64,000 nt of DNA from contig MU058528.1 of assembly GCA_013265495.1 (NCBI GenBank), positions 62,001 through 126,000 of the forward strand. The letters are read 5' to 3'. This stretch comes from Vicugna vicugna (taxonomy: Eukaryota). The notes beneath the pieces are model-generated. The model saw only the letters and a list, made by a program, of their open reading frames with translations, did not search any database and was not told the origin of the DNA. The position numbers and the translations under genes are program-made. This document shows, piece by piece, positions 12,728 to 23,829 of the stretch; within the stretch, counting starts at the first letter, position 1; each line of letters begins with the position of its first letter.

Positions 12728-13075
12728 AGGATTAAATGGACCTTTGGAGAGGTCCAGGATCTAGTCCATGGGCTTATAACCGTCAGTCCATGGACTATTT
12801 GAAGGACCATGGATGAACTTCAAAGACTCTGAGAAACCCAGAAATGATATTCAAAATTTCTAAGTCTATTTTTCTGGGAAAAGAGTATGTAGCTTTCATC
12901 AGACCCTCGAATGAGTTGATATCTCCCTCAAATTTCAGAGCCACTGATCTAGCCTAGCTTTCCTAGCTTACAGAGTGGAGGAGACTGAGTCTCCAAGAAG
13001 CAGAATGACTTTACTAATAAAGTTATGCAGTTTTTAGTGGAAGTTAAGCCTACAGGACTTTTTCAGTCCAATTCA
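12728..13075 (-). mobile_element. MIR/MIR3 interrupted by a hAT element
   Basis: ggacctttggagaggtc before the insert. ttacagagtggaggagactgagtctcc...aatgactt after it. Confidence 0.55.
12767..12946. mobile_element. Short hAT-Charlie MITE
   Basis: 8-bp TSD ATCTAG(T/C)C at 12759-12766 and 12947-12954, the hAT NTCTAGAN preference. Ends ...agagccactg. Confidence 0.65.
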
Positions 13076-13376
13076 AATGAACCATTTAGCATTAAATGAA
13101 TGACTTAAAAGATAACACTTCTTTATATTTGTGCATTCGAATTTTGAAGAGTATCTGGTCTCCATATGGGATTATCTATCCTCAGATGAGGTCCTTAATA
13201 ATCATTTGTGAGACATTCAAAAGTGAAAAGATAGAGTTACTCCTCTGCTTTGTTCTTGCTCATACTTTTTCCTTGACTCCTCTGGGCAGCATCTATTTTT
13301 CCCTGGTTACTTAAAAATAATCATAATGAGGAATGAAAATTGCAGACTAGTCTCATTTTGTGTGTGGCTTAGCTTC

Positions 13377-13514
13377 TGTATCAGTCAGAATCCAGCTAGG
13401 AAATGATGTAATCATGGTAGGCTTTTCAGCAGAGAGACTTTAATAAAGGGATTCAGTCAACAAAGTGGTGAAAGAATTCAGCCACCAAACAGGGGATGGA
13501 GAGGCCATCCAGAG

Positions 13515-13545
<31 letters not shown>

Positions 13546-13874
13546 CTCTGCTGCCTCCATCATGTCAGAAGGATGGTGGAGAAGTCGTATTTCCAGGTCC
13601 TAAAATTGAGGCTCCCTGAAAGGATCAAGAACCATGGTGGAAGCTGTTTAGTGGGAGCTGGCACCACAGAGGAGACACAGCCATTGCTGGTGGCACCATC
13701 AAAGACACACAGAGAGAGAGAACACTCAAATCTTCTGCCAGTTCCTCCCACTGGTCAAACCTACCTGGAAGGCAGATGGCAGGAGACCCTGGGAACTGTT
13801 GTTCCTCAAAATACAGAACACAGGAGGAGAGGGGGGTAAGGTGGACCTGGGAGCAAAAATGCAGTCATCTCACA
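13377..13874 (-). mobile_element. ERVL solo LTR (LTR33-like)
   Basis: TG...CA termini: tgtatcagtcagaatccagctaggaa ... cccactggtcaaacctacctggaaggcaga ... ctcaca. Confidence 0.6.
13517..13543. repeat. (CAG)9 trinucleotide repeat inside the LTR
   Basis: Direct reading. Confidence 0.95.
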
Positions 13875-14944
13875 TAGATTCTAAGACAGGAAAAGCAAGG
13901 TTGTAAGAGGCTAAAGCCCTTAAGAATATGCCACTTTGGAGACAAATTCATATTCCTTATGCAGTTTAGAACAACCGGTTGGGTTGGATGTTGAAACAGA
14001 AAATTCTTTTTTTTTTCGATTGAGCAACAGATGACATATTTGGTTTTGAGCTGGGTTCATCTTTTATGAAAAATACGAATATTTCAAGGCGAAAATCACT
14101 CAGCCCAGTGGCATGCTCATACCTTGAGAAGTTTCCAGAAACTGACAAGAAGAACTGGGGAAAAAGCAGTTTCACACCTGCCGTTACTCAGAAATCTCAG
14201 CCTTTCTCTTACTCTCTGTCTCTCCCCTTCTCCTTAGGTGGATACACATATGTGGCAGAATGGCTGGGGGAATTCTCTGCACTACATAATTGCTAATTTT
14301 CTCCTTAACTTTCTTCTTTTTGTTCTTTCTCTTTTTTCCAGAGACCATAAGCTTAAAACTTGTGTAAATTGACTGCTGCAATAATGCTGCTTAATTCCAT
14401 TGAATTCTACCATATAAGTATTTTGTCTAGGAATGAAAGTAAAGAATGAGTGAGAACATGGTTCCTGAATTTAATGGGCTTGCTTGGAATCGGTAGAGTT
14501 TATTCAGGCTACTGAAAAAATTCAAGAAAAGAAGACAGTGCAAAGCTGGTCTATTTTGTAGGGCAGACTATTTTTTGGGGGTGGGGTGGGTGGGAATATT
14601 TTAAGGAATTCATCATTTGAAGTGTGTTGATACCTCATAACACAGACACAGTGACACATCAAGAAACCAAATACCAAATGCAAAGCAATATTCAGGTAAA
14701 GATTGAAAATTTTGATCACTCCTTTTCCACAAAAAATTATTCTAAGAGTAGTATGATGTGCCACCCATGATGTATTCCTCAGCTCTGTCGCTCATCAATT
14801 GTTAAAATAACGTATTAAGGAGTGGCAAGATGTTAATTTGACAAAGTCAGGAGAAATCAACCAGGAGCCTTCCATGGGCTGACGAACTGCGATGGTCAGA
14901 GGAATCATTAGACGTCATCCACGAGGAAGATTTTGACTCAGCCT

Positions 14945-15003
14945 TAACTGGGATGGTGGACCCTATGATTATGATAACTGGATGGTGGACCTCGTGATTG
15001 TGA
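14945..15003. repeat. About 30-bp tandem duplication, probably within an L2 relic
   Basis: taactgggatggtggaccctatgattatga followed by taactggatggtggacctcgtgattgtga. Confidence 0.8.
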
Positions 15004-18000
15004 TGGCTAGAGAGGAGGGATTTAGCCAACAACCAAGTAAACTGTTGGAGCCACTTCCAGCTGCATGAGCTATAGTGCTGAACCCCAAATCTCAGGCCAC
15101 TGTGCCTGTGTGAACAAATTTAGCCTGATTCAAGATTGTAGTTTTTTCTCTTTGGTCTCAGGTTCATATGTATATCAGTAAAATTGTTCTATCTTTTAGT
15201 ATCTACTTTCATTCTTCTCATCTCTACTATTTTTTTTAAAAAATGTATTTAAAAATGATTCACCTACTTTACAGACCCATCTTTTTTGGACTAGGAAAAG
15301 ACCCACCATTAGATTATCTGGTTTCATCTTCCCACTTAGCTCTCAGAGCTGTTCCCATAAATGCATTTGTGAGCAATCATCTTGGTTCATTTAAAAAGTT
15401 TTAAGCGCTAGCATTTGTAATATTCCCTTGGGGTATGATACACCGAGTAAGAGGCCTCATGCAGGAAAACTTTCTTCTTTTCCCATTATAGACATACTCA
15501 ACCCCTACACACAAACAATTAAGGATGGATACAGGAGTAATATTTTGACTTGGTTCCTATTTTAAGGTTTTCATATTCTAAGACTTTAAATTAAATAAAC
15601 CCTCTTGTATAAATTCTATTGGAATTAGAGCTTTCTGTGTTGCACTCCGCTATCCTTCTATTCTCTCTCTTTGCTTTTTAAATGTTTTAATTTAATATCT
15701 GTAGAAACAAGGTCGTTACTAAAATGTCAAATACATCCAATACTACTGATTTTTTTCATTTATTTACATGAAGATTGCCCCACAGTGAGACGACATCCTT
15801 GATTTTAGTTTTTTCTCTCTAGTGTATTGGGTGTTCCAGAACTATCCTAGGGCTCTCCTTCGAGGTTCCCCTTGGTTTCTGTGCCCTTTATGAAGTTTTC
15901 CCTTGCGAGTCAGACCTTATTACTCTCCTCCTTCTCTGCATTTTTGACACCGTTCCTGACTTTGGTAGAATGTGTTATTCGCAATTTCCATGCATGCTTG
16001 TGCTACAGGGTGAATAGAACCTACTGGAACTGGGGGGCTCGGTCTCGTCCATCCCTGTCAATGAGCAATACAGTAAACTAACACAGTTCAAGTGTGCTGC
16101 CTCGGTAAGGGGGTGGAATTTTAAATTCTGTTTTCTTATGTTTTTTTCTTAAAATTTGATCACTTTTTCATGACTCTGGCTTAAAAATAAGAAACTTTGG
16201 TAACGTCATTGTTCATCTGACTTAATACACTTAGATTTATAGTAAAATACTTGAGCAACTGTGACTTCTTGATTTGAAATCCCATTCTGATAGAGCCGCA
16301 GGTTTTGACTTCTCTCCTCAGTTTCCTCTGTAAGGAATTTTAAGTTTGACACATGGTTTTCTTCCTTATTGGATATAAACTTAGCTTTGCACCATGTTGA
16401 ACTTGAGCACAAACATTGCAGATTGCAGTTATCTAGCTGCTGAGCTATATGCTCACTAATTGTGGAAAACCTATTCAGGCTCTTCCAAGAAAGTCCAGTT
16501 CAGTTCAGTGACTTTTCATAGAAAATTCAGGATTATCTTCTTAGTTACATTTCAGTTCACAGGATCTATTAGGCTGTTCCTGCATGCTTGCTGTCTGATG
16601 GACATGTGTGTTTGAGTGTGTACATGTTTGTGAGTGTGTCTGCGACTGTGAGTGTGTGTTGGGGAAGCACCCACTTCCATGACTGACCACACACTGGAGG
16701 TGCAGAGAGCTTGCTTTTGTCTGGTCTCACCAGCTCCATGTCTGTGTTTGCCTTTCTGCTCTTATCCATTACTAACTACTTGTGTCACCATCTGCTGGGA
16801 TCTCTCGTGTGGATGATTGTGTTCAATGCAGGCTCCATCAGGGGGTCTGGTGGCTTGAGGTATCCTTTGGAACCTCTGTATGGTTTCCTGATGTGGCCTA
16901 ACTCCCAGAGATGCAGCATTCCCGAGTCCCCTAACCTTCACAGCAAGGCCACCCACCACTCTGCTGGGGAGATCGCTGGTGAGCTGACTCATTCTTCCAG
17001 TTAATTCTGGGCCCACAAGAATTGTATAGTCTCCCCACACCAAACCTGACTTGGGAAAAGCTTTGGGAGTGTCTTTTAGAATACATGTCTGCCTCCCCCC
17101 TACTCCTTGGGGTTCCAGACTTCATAGGAAACACACTTGTACCTATTTCTCTATCCCCTGAAGCTCCTACCTTCCACCCAGCTTCAGAAGTGGGGAGCAG
17201 AGATTAGCTACAACAAGGACAAACCTTCACATGTCTCCTAAAATGTCCCTGCTTTTTCTCCCACCTGTTTCATATCTCCTTCTCTAACATCGGGGAGAAA
17301 GCCCCCTTTTATGGGTTTGCATAGTTCTCCACTTGCTTTTCCTGCCTCACAGTGGTCACTGTGTCCTAGGAAACCAGCATATTAGAATCTAGTCTTTACC
17401 CACAACAGCTTATGCAGGGTGGTCACTGGGAAGGAAAAGAGAAGATGCCATTGGAGGTATCAAGGTTAGTGCGTGTGCTGAAAGTGATCTTTTACGTATC
17501 TTCTTTTATTGGATTTTCGTAATGCTTAGTTTTTAACAGGTGGCTGCTCAATCATTCTGAGCAATGCAGGGCAAGAGATGGGACGTGGGACTCTCCTCCG
17601 TGGAGTGAACACTATTCCACGACAATCAAGCTTCCAGACGATGTCTTGTTTCATAAGATCCTACCTCTTCATTCCCTGATGACTCTCATCCTGTACTTCT
17701 CGAGGGCACCACAGACGAGAATTATAACTACCAAATGGGCCCGAAGGGCTCTTTCCTAAAATGTTTCGTGGAAATGAGTGCTGTTCTATCCCCAAGAGCT
17801 CTACTTCTATCATCCTGAAGAGGCCCCAGCTGCTCTCAAACTCGAGGTTGCTTTCTCTTCTGCCATTTTTGGGGTCTGAGGGAAAAAGGAGGGTTCTAGG
17901 ATTTACTCTGGCAGCATCAGGCCCATGGGTGGTCTTGGCTGTGGCTATTGGGGAAATTCATTCCATCCTGGGCAGAATGACAGCCAGTGGTGAGAAAGTG

Positions 18001-18084
18001 CTGGGAATTTTGAACAAGGAAGACTTGCAAAACTTGCTTTCAAAAATAAAAAATGTTTGCTTATTCCTCTACTTGTTTATTTAC

Positions 18085-18620
18085 CTATTTATTAATTTTC
18101 CCATCAAATATGTATGAAGCATCTGGCGGAGGACTGGATGTTAAGGATGTAGAAGTAGAGAAAACAGACGAGGACCCTACCAAAATGTTAAAAGTGGTTT
18201 TCCCTGTGTGCTTGGTTATGAGTGATTTTTTATCTTCCTCTGTTTTTCAGAGTTTTGAAAATGAAGACATTACTTTTATTATTAGGATAAAAATACAAGA
18301 ATTTTTTTTCCTGGTTGCTCTTTCAAAAATTTTGTCTAAGAAAGGGAAGGAACATTTGGACTGTAGTTAGAAGGTAATTTGGGGTCAAAGGGAGGAACTT
18401 TAACATAGAATAAGCTTGGTCATGGGTATAGGCTGTGAAAAAAAAGGCAGCAGTGAGAAAAACATATAAGACTGTCTAAATGTTATAGGTTCCTAAAGAA
18501 GAGAAAGGGGGTGGGGTATAGAATGGAGCAGAGAGATTCACTGCAAACAGGAGGAAAGAAAATTGTAGTATGGAAATGTGAGGGAAAATGGGAAGACTGA
18601 TGTAGAGAGATGAGTTTGAA
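18085..18620 (-). mobile_element. L2 fragments, probably with a short L1ME-like 3' piece at about 18185-18300
   Basis: Antisense L2 3' pattern tatttatt...caaatatgtatgaagcatct, then purine-rich decayed L2-like sequence. Confidence 0.4.
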
Positions 18621-19499
18621 CTTTCTTACTCCAACCACTGTCCAGGCAGAGTAAGGTCAGGGACTAGGACATCCTTTTAATCTGTTCTTGCCTGTGTGTA
18701 GGCATCGTCTCAGATAGTCAGAAAACTCACTAACAGCAGCTTGTGTCAGTGACTCAGTTTCCTTGTAAGGTAGGTAAGGCCATCGACACAAAAAGGAAGG
18801 GAAAAGTAGCAGAATGGAATACTTGAAAAGACTGATGAAGGTACGGAACCATCTCAACACGGCACATGGGGAGAAGCCACTCAGAGACAGAAAATTGTCT
18901 GCCAACATTGAAAATCTAACTGGGGCTCTAGGTCATAAACATGTAGGTGTTCAAATTCTCTCCTCTCTTAGTTCTTTTGTGGAGTCTTTTTATCCAATGG
19001 CACTTAGCAACTTGTATATGAAGCCAAAAAGATGAGTAGTTGGATTGATCCAGAGTTGGAATATTTCCAGAAAAGCCAAATAGGAAAGGAGTTTCATTTT
19101 TAGAAAAGATATGTTTTAAGTGATGGTTGTAATAAACAGGGAAGAAAAATAGAAAGTGAAGGAATAAGCCACATTGGAAGACTCATTTAGGCAGAAGGAT
19201 GAGCTCAGCAGGAAAAAGAGAATGAGAGAGCGAGGTGGACAGCACAGCAGAGCCCCGAAATGCAACGTCGCAGGGCTGGGCAAGGGCTGGGTGATGGCAG
19301 AAGGCCAGGCTGGGCCATGGGAGGGAACTGGGGAAGGAGGGTGGAAATGAAAGTTTTGGAAAAAGCAGAGGGCAAGGAACAGAAAGGCTGGGCAGCTAAT
19401 TATCTCCTTCAAGATAGTTACCAGCAGGATGCCACATAGCCTTGCTTCTTGCCCAGAAAATGAAGATAGCTGTTCTTGAAATATTGCCCAACAAAGCAT

Positions 19500-19591
19500 A
19501 AGCTTGTCACTTATCCACGTCTGGAATCTCCAGTTGTGCAGCACATCGACATTATTAGTGCTCAATAAATCTATGTTGAATGAATAAATGA
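19500..19591 (+). mobile_element. L2 3' end
   Basis: agtgctcaataaatctatgttgaatgaataaatga. Confidence 0.75.
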
Positions 19592-20463
19592 CCTGGAGGT
19601 GACAGGGAAGCTTATGTTCTTCCAATCCACTTACTTCTCATATGAGACAAAACAAATGGTATTCCTTTGTTATCCTCCCAAGAAGGGATTAAAAGTAAGT
19701 GAAGCTTAGAATGTGCAGACGTTATGAGTGTTACTTATAGAAGAGACTTGTGATCGTGGCTTAAGTATTTGTGATGTCACCATTATTGATTTCTGTACCT
19801 AAACTTAGAATAAAAAAACACTGTAAACCAGGTGACCCTGTGCAAAATTCATATTTTCCATGAAATGTTTTTGGCAGTAAGCCTTGGCCATTGAGATCTG
19901 GAAACAAATGGCAGTAACTGGAAGTAGAGGCAGGTTACAGTCGTTTCTGCGTCAGTCTTTACTGGCTCCCCCAGCTCTTTGTGGTTGAGAGGACAATTCC
20001 TGCATTTGGCTCCATGGAGCAAGGACTCCGTCTTGCACCTTCTGCCCTTTAGCTTCCCCATTCATATGTCCGCTGCCTTCACCCAGGGCTGGAAGAGCAG
20101 GTTCCTGCACAGTTTCCTATCCACTCCCAGTCATCGGGGTGCAGAAGCCAGAGCAGGAACTGCCCACAATGGCCTCTTGGCTGTGGGATTCCACAGGGAT
20201 GGGGCAGATAAGCTGGGCGCAGTCTTTAAGGAGAACTGGTCCAGGGGGACTGACGGGCCTTCAGAGATGCAGGCTGAAGAAGCACACCTGGGAAGCTCTG
20301 ACTGAACGTAAACGAGCCCTGGAGTAGAAGACAGCTTTTCAGAAGATGAAGCTGGGAAAACATCAGTCTTTCCCTGCGGTCTGTACGGCAGTCTGGATGG
20401 TGGTAGGAAGCCCGAGGGCGAGGATGGTGTCTGGGCACACTTAGCTTCTTGATGAGCCAAGCT

Positions 20464-20973
20464 TGTTGGCTGAAACAAAATGGACGACCTAGAAGCCAAG
20501 AGTTACATTTTATTTGGTGGACATTTCTGAGGGCTCGGTCTCCTTGAGCCCGGGATGGCAGCGTCTCAGATGGCTCTGAGGGTCTGCTCTGAAGAGGTAG
20601 GGGAGGAGCCAGAATTTATAGGAATTTCTACAGCAAATACCGAATAGTCAGAACACCAAAAGATTACTGTTAGTTAAAGAAAACCAGCTATCTCAAGTTA
20701 AGGAATTTAGTGCTTTTCTATGTGTGGGAAGATGGAAAGGTCTGGGCTCACTAAAATCGCTCCTTTGATATGCACCTAGCCATCTAGGGCCAGTGTCCTG
20801 TTCTTCCACATCCTGAGTCCCCTCGGGGGGCACCGTAGGTTGTGGCAGGAGAAGCCGGGCTGCCTGCTTGTCTGCATCCTCTGCTCACTGCTGGGGTGGC
20901 AGGAGCAGCTGATGACTTGACGGCCACAGCATTCTTTGTTTACTGGTATGGCTTGTGATATGTTTCATTCACA
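20464..20973 (-). mobile_element. ERV1 solo LTR, MER41-like (cetartiodactyl type)
   Basis: TG...CA termini with exact 4-bp TSD AGCT (20460-20463, 20974-20977). Minus-strand TATAAA at 20615-20620 and AATAAA at 20509-20514. The family name is from recall of the consensus. Confidence 0.8.
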
Positions 20974-22570
20974 AGCTTTATGCCAGGGCAGCGTGTTGAC
21001 CACACATACCTGTCGCCCAGCTGGCATTCACAGGGTCGGCACCAAACAGTCTTCCTCTCCCATCTTGACCTGACTTTCTCTGACACTTGACCTCCTGGTG
21101 CTACGCTGTCTTGCCTTGGTTTAGGATGTCTTGCTGGCAATTTCTTTGGCTCCTTTTTCAGTTTTTGATACTTGGCTCATTCTTTCTGGCAAGTGTTATC
21201 TCCAATGACTTATCCTTTGGGGATGGTAATGGCGTGGGTAAGGTGAGAGGAGGATCTGAACAGGTCCAGGAGGTTCTTGACTGACTCTGTTTCAGGATCT
21301 CACTGATACACTAGTTCTAAAGAATTGGCAGTAACACCAGACTTGAATAGCTATATATAAACTATAAGTAAATGATTGCTTTTGTTATCTTTCATAGTGT
21401 TTGCTTAAATATCAGATATTTGGAAAGCATTCACAATGCTTTCAGAAGAATCATTTCCATTGCCCTGGGGTGTATCTGGTTTCACCCTCTCTGCCACAGC
21501 GTGTGTGTGTTGTGTGTCTCTGCTCATGAGCCCAGCCACCTGTGTGCTAGCATCCCTGTGCGTTTGGGATAAGAGGAACAGTGGAATTTTATTACTTGTA
21601 CCTTTTTGGACCTTACATGGGTGCAAACCTAAATTTCCAGAATTCTTTTTCTTGAAAACTTTAGGCCTTCAAAAATGGATTTCCTCAATCAACTTGAAAG
21701 CTCAGATGCTCCCTCTCCGAGTTCTTGCTGCAGGTGACCTCCTTGGGGACGACGTACACTCACATTTTACCTCTGTAGGTCTGCTTTCATCCTGAGTTTT
21801 TGCTTTTCTGCCCTGGCATGCATTTTGTTCTATAACGTTACAGCAACAGAGAAGAGTAAGCCTGCCTCAGGCAGTTTGGAATTATCACAGGGCCAAAACA
21901 AAGGGGCTTTTTGATTTGTTGTTGTGGCATGTTCAGGATTTTACTAGTAATAAATTCTAAATATTTAAATATTTTAGAAATTTAAATCTACTTTCCATTT
22001 TTTCTTTTCCAAAATTACTTTTACTTTAATCATATTATTCTAGATAGGACCTTTAAAAAAAACCTTTTCTGCTCTCAACACTTGCTTCTCCCTAGAAAAA
22101 GAGCCAAGGATTTAACGTCAGTAATTTATATCTGTTGATTGATAGTCTGATTGTATATTGACTGAAACTCATTTGCTTTAAAGCATGACCACGATTGGCC
22201 TATGTTTGTTAAGACATTCGCTCTAATTAAAAAATGAAAAGGTTGTATTTTCCCCTCTTAAACAGTTTTAGGTATCAGGTGAGGAGACAAAATGTAGACA
22301 TCACCTCAAGGTTGCAACCCATTTGGTGTTTTAAGTATAACTGGGTGGGGGATGGGATGGTAAAGGATAAATAACACAAGAGATGGCCAGGATGTCTTCC
22401 AGAATGTCCCCTTTGCCCCCAGGGGAAAGGAGATCACTGGCTTGGTGGAGGATGCTGGGAGTCTTTAATTTGTCACCAGATTCTTCCAGAACTGAGAACT
22501 ACTTGGCTATGAGTATCAAAGACCCCAGGTTATAATTTTTTCTCCAACATACAGTTTTTAGGTAGGCCAT

Positions 22571-22837
22571 TTTTGTGGGTCAAATTGTGTACCTCCCTTC
22601 TCCCAAAGACTGTTGAAGTCCTAACCCCCACCCCCACCCCACCCCGGCACCCTTGGATATAACCTTATTTGGAAACAGGGTCTTTGCATACATAATCAAG
22701 TTAAGAAGAGGTCATACCGGACTAGGGTTGCCCTAATCAGGAATTTTGGACACGAAGACACACTGAGAAGGCCAGGTGATGATGGAGGCAGACATAGGAG
22801 TGATGCATCTATGAGCCAAAGATTGCCCAAGGTTGCC
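22571..22837 (+). mobile_element. MLT1C-like LTR, 5' part
   Basis: tgttgaagtcctaacccc...ccttatttggaaacagggtctttgca...gatggaggcaga. Continues at 23645. Confidence 0.8.
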
Positions 22838-23644
22838 TGTAAGAGCAAACACAGGTTAAAAATAAGGCTTCAGGAGGGAGGATATAGCTCAAGTGGTAGA
22901 GCGCATGCTCAATGTACATGAGGTCCTGGGTTCAATTCCCAGTACCTCCTCCAGATGGAAATAAATGGATAAACCTAATTCTTTAAAGGAATATAAGGCT
23001 TCATTTCAAAATAAGGAAAGAGATATCCACTCTTCCCTTTTCTTACTTATTTTAGAAAGCTATTAAGTGTAGATTCTTTTTCTATGTTTTCCAAATGTAT
23101 GGAAATGTCTTTAAAAGTTAAATAAGCCCCATCTCTAGCCAGCATTTCACCTCCAGGAATGGCTTCCTCAAGGGTATAAGAACCATCTCTTTGAAATGCA
23201 GCCATTAGGGGAGATAACAGACCTGTCCCCCAGGTTCTTTGGGAACCCAGCTTCCACAGGAACTTCACTTCTATCACGAAGACATGAGAAGTTTCCATTT
23301 TCCTTTGGATAAAGCCAGTTAACATCTCTGCTGAAGATGACCACCTCAGTTGAGCAGGTGAATCTAGGATAAACTGTGTGACACACAGGGTTGGCAAGTC
23401 CTTTTACTTGAGGATCAGTCATCATTTATCTTGGGAACATGTATGGAATGGCTTGTATCTGCTTGGCTATGTGAAGGGTGAGATTTCTCTCCGTTTTTGC
23501 AGTTTCTCAGTGGACTGCCTATAATGGGCATCACATTCTGGCTTAATGCTTATGCAGTAATAAAATTGTTTCTTTCTCTTCTACTTTATAGAGAGATTTT
23601 CTGGGTTGGGAGAAGATTTTGTTTTTAATTACATTTCCCCGACA
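22838..23644 (+). mobile_element. ERV1 (MER4-group-like) solo LTR inserted in MLT1
   Basis: TG...CA termini (tgtaagagc...atttccccgaca). AATAAA at about 23559. U5-like end ttctgggttgggagaagattttgtttttaatt. Confidence 0.7.
22873..22992 (+). mobile_element. tRNA-derived SINE, camelid Vic-1 type
   Basis: gggaggatatagctcaagtggtagagcgcatgc...gaggtcctgggttcaattcccagtacctcc. TSD ATAAGGCTTCA at 22862-22872 and 22993-23003. Confidence 0.9.
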
Positions 23645-23829
23645 CCAGCAACCACCAGAAACCAGGAAGAGGCAAGGATTCTCTCCTAGACGCTCTGGAG
23701 GGCATGTGACTCTGCTGACACATTGATTTTGAACTTCTAGCTTCCAGCACTGTGAAGGAGTAAACTTCCATTGTTTGAAGCCACCTGGTTTGTGGTGATG
23801 TGCAGTAGCAGCCCCCGGGGACAAGCACA
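23645..23829 (+). mobile_element. MLT1C-like LTR, 3' part
   Basis: ccagcaaccaccagaa...ttgaagccacctggtttgtggt...aagcaca resumes the consensus interrupted at 22837. Confidence 0.8.

Noticed and set aside
13465..13839. Poly-Ala protein ORF
   Set aside because: It is a CAG microsatellite inside an LTR relic.
17541..17760. Coding exon after tttttaacAG (72 open codons in one frame)
   Set aside because: The translation is unrecognisable, there is no convincing donor, and no partner exon supports it.
22873..22950. tRNA gene (also 588-667)
   Set aside because: tRNA-like head with A-rich tail and TSD indicates a SINE. The acceptor stem is not intact.
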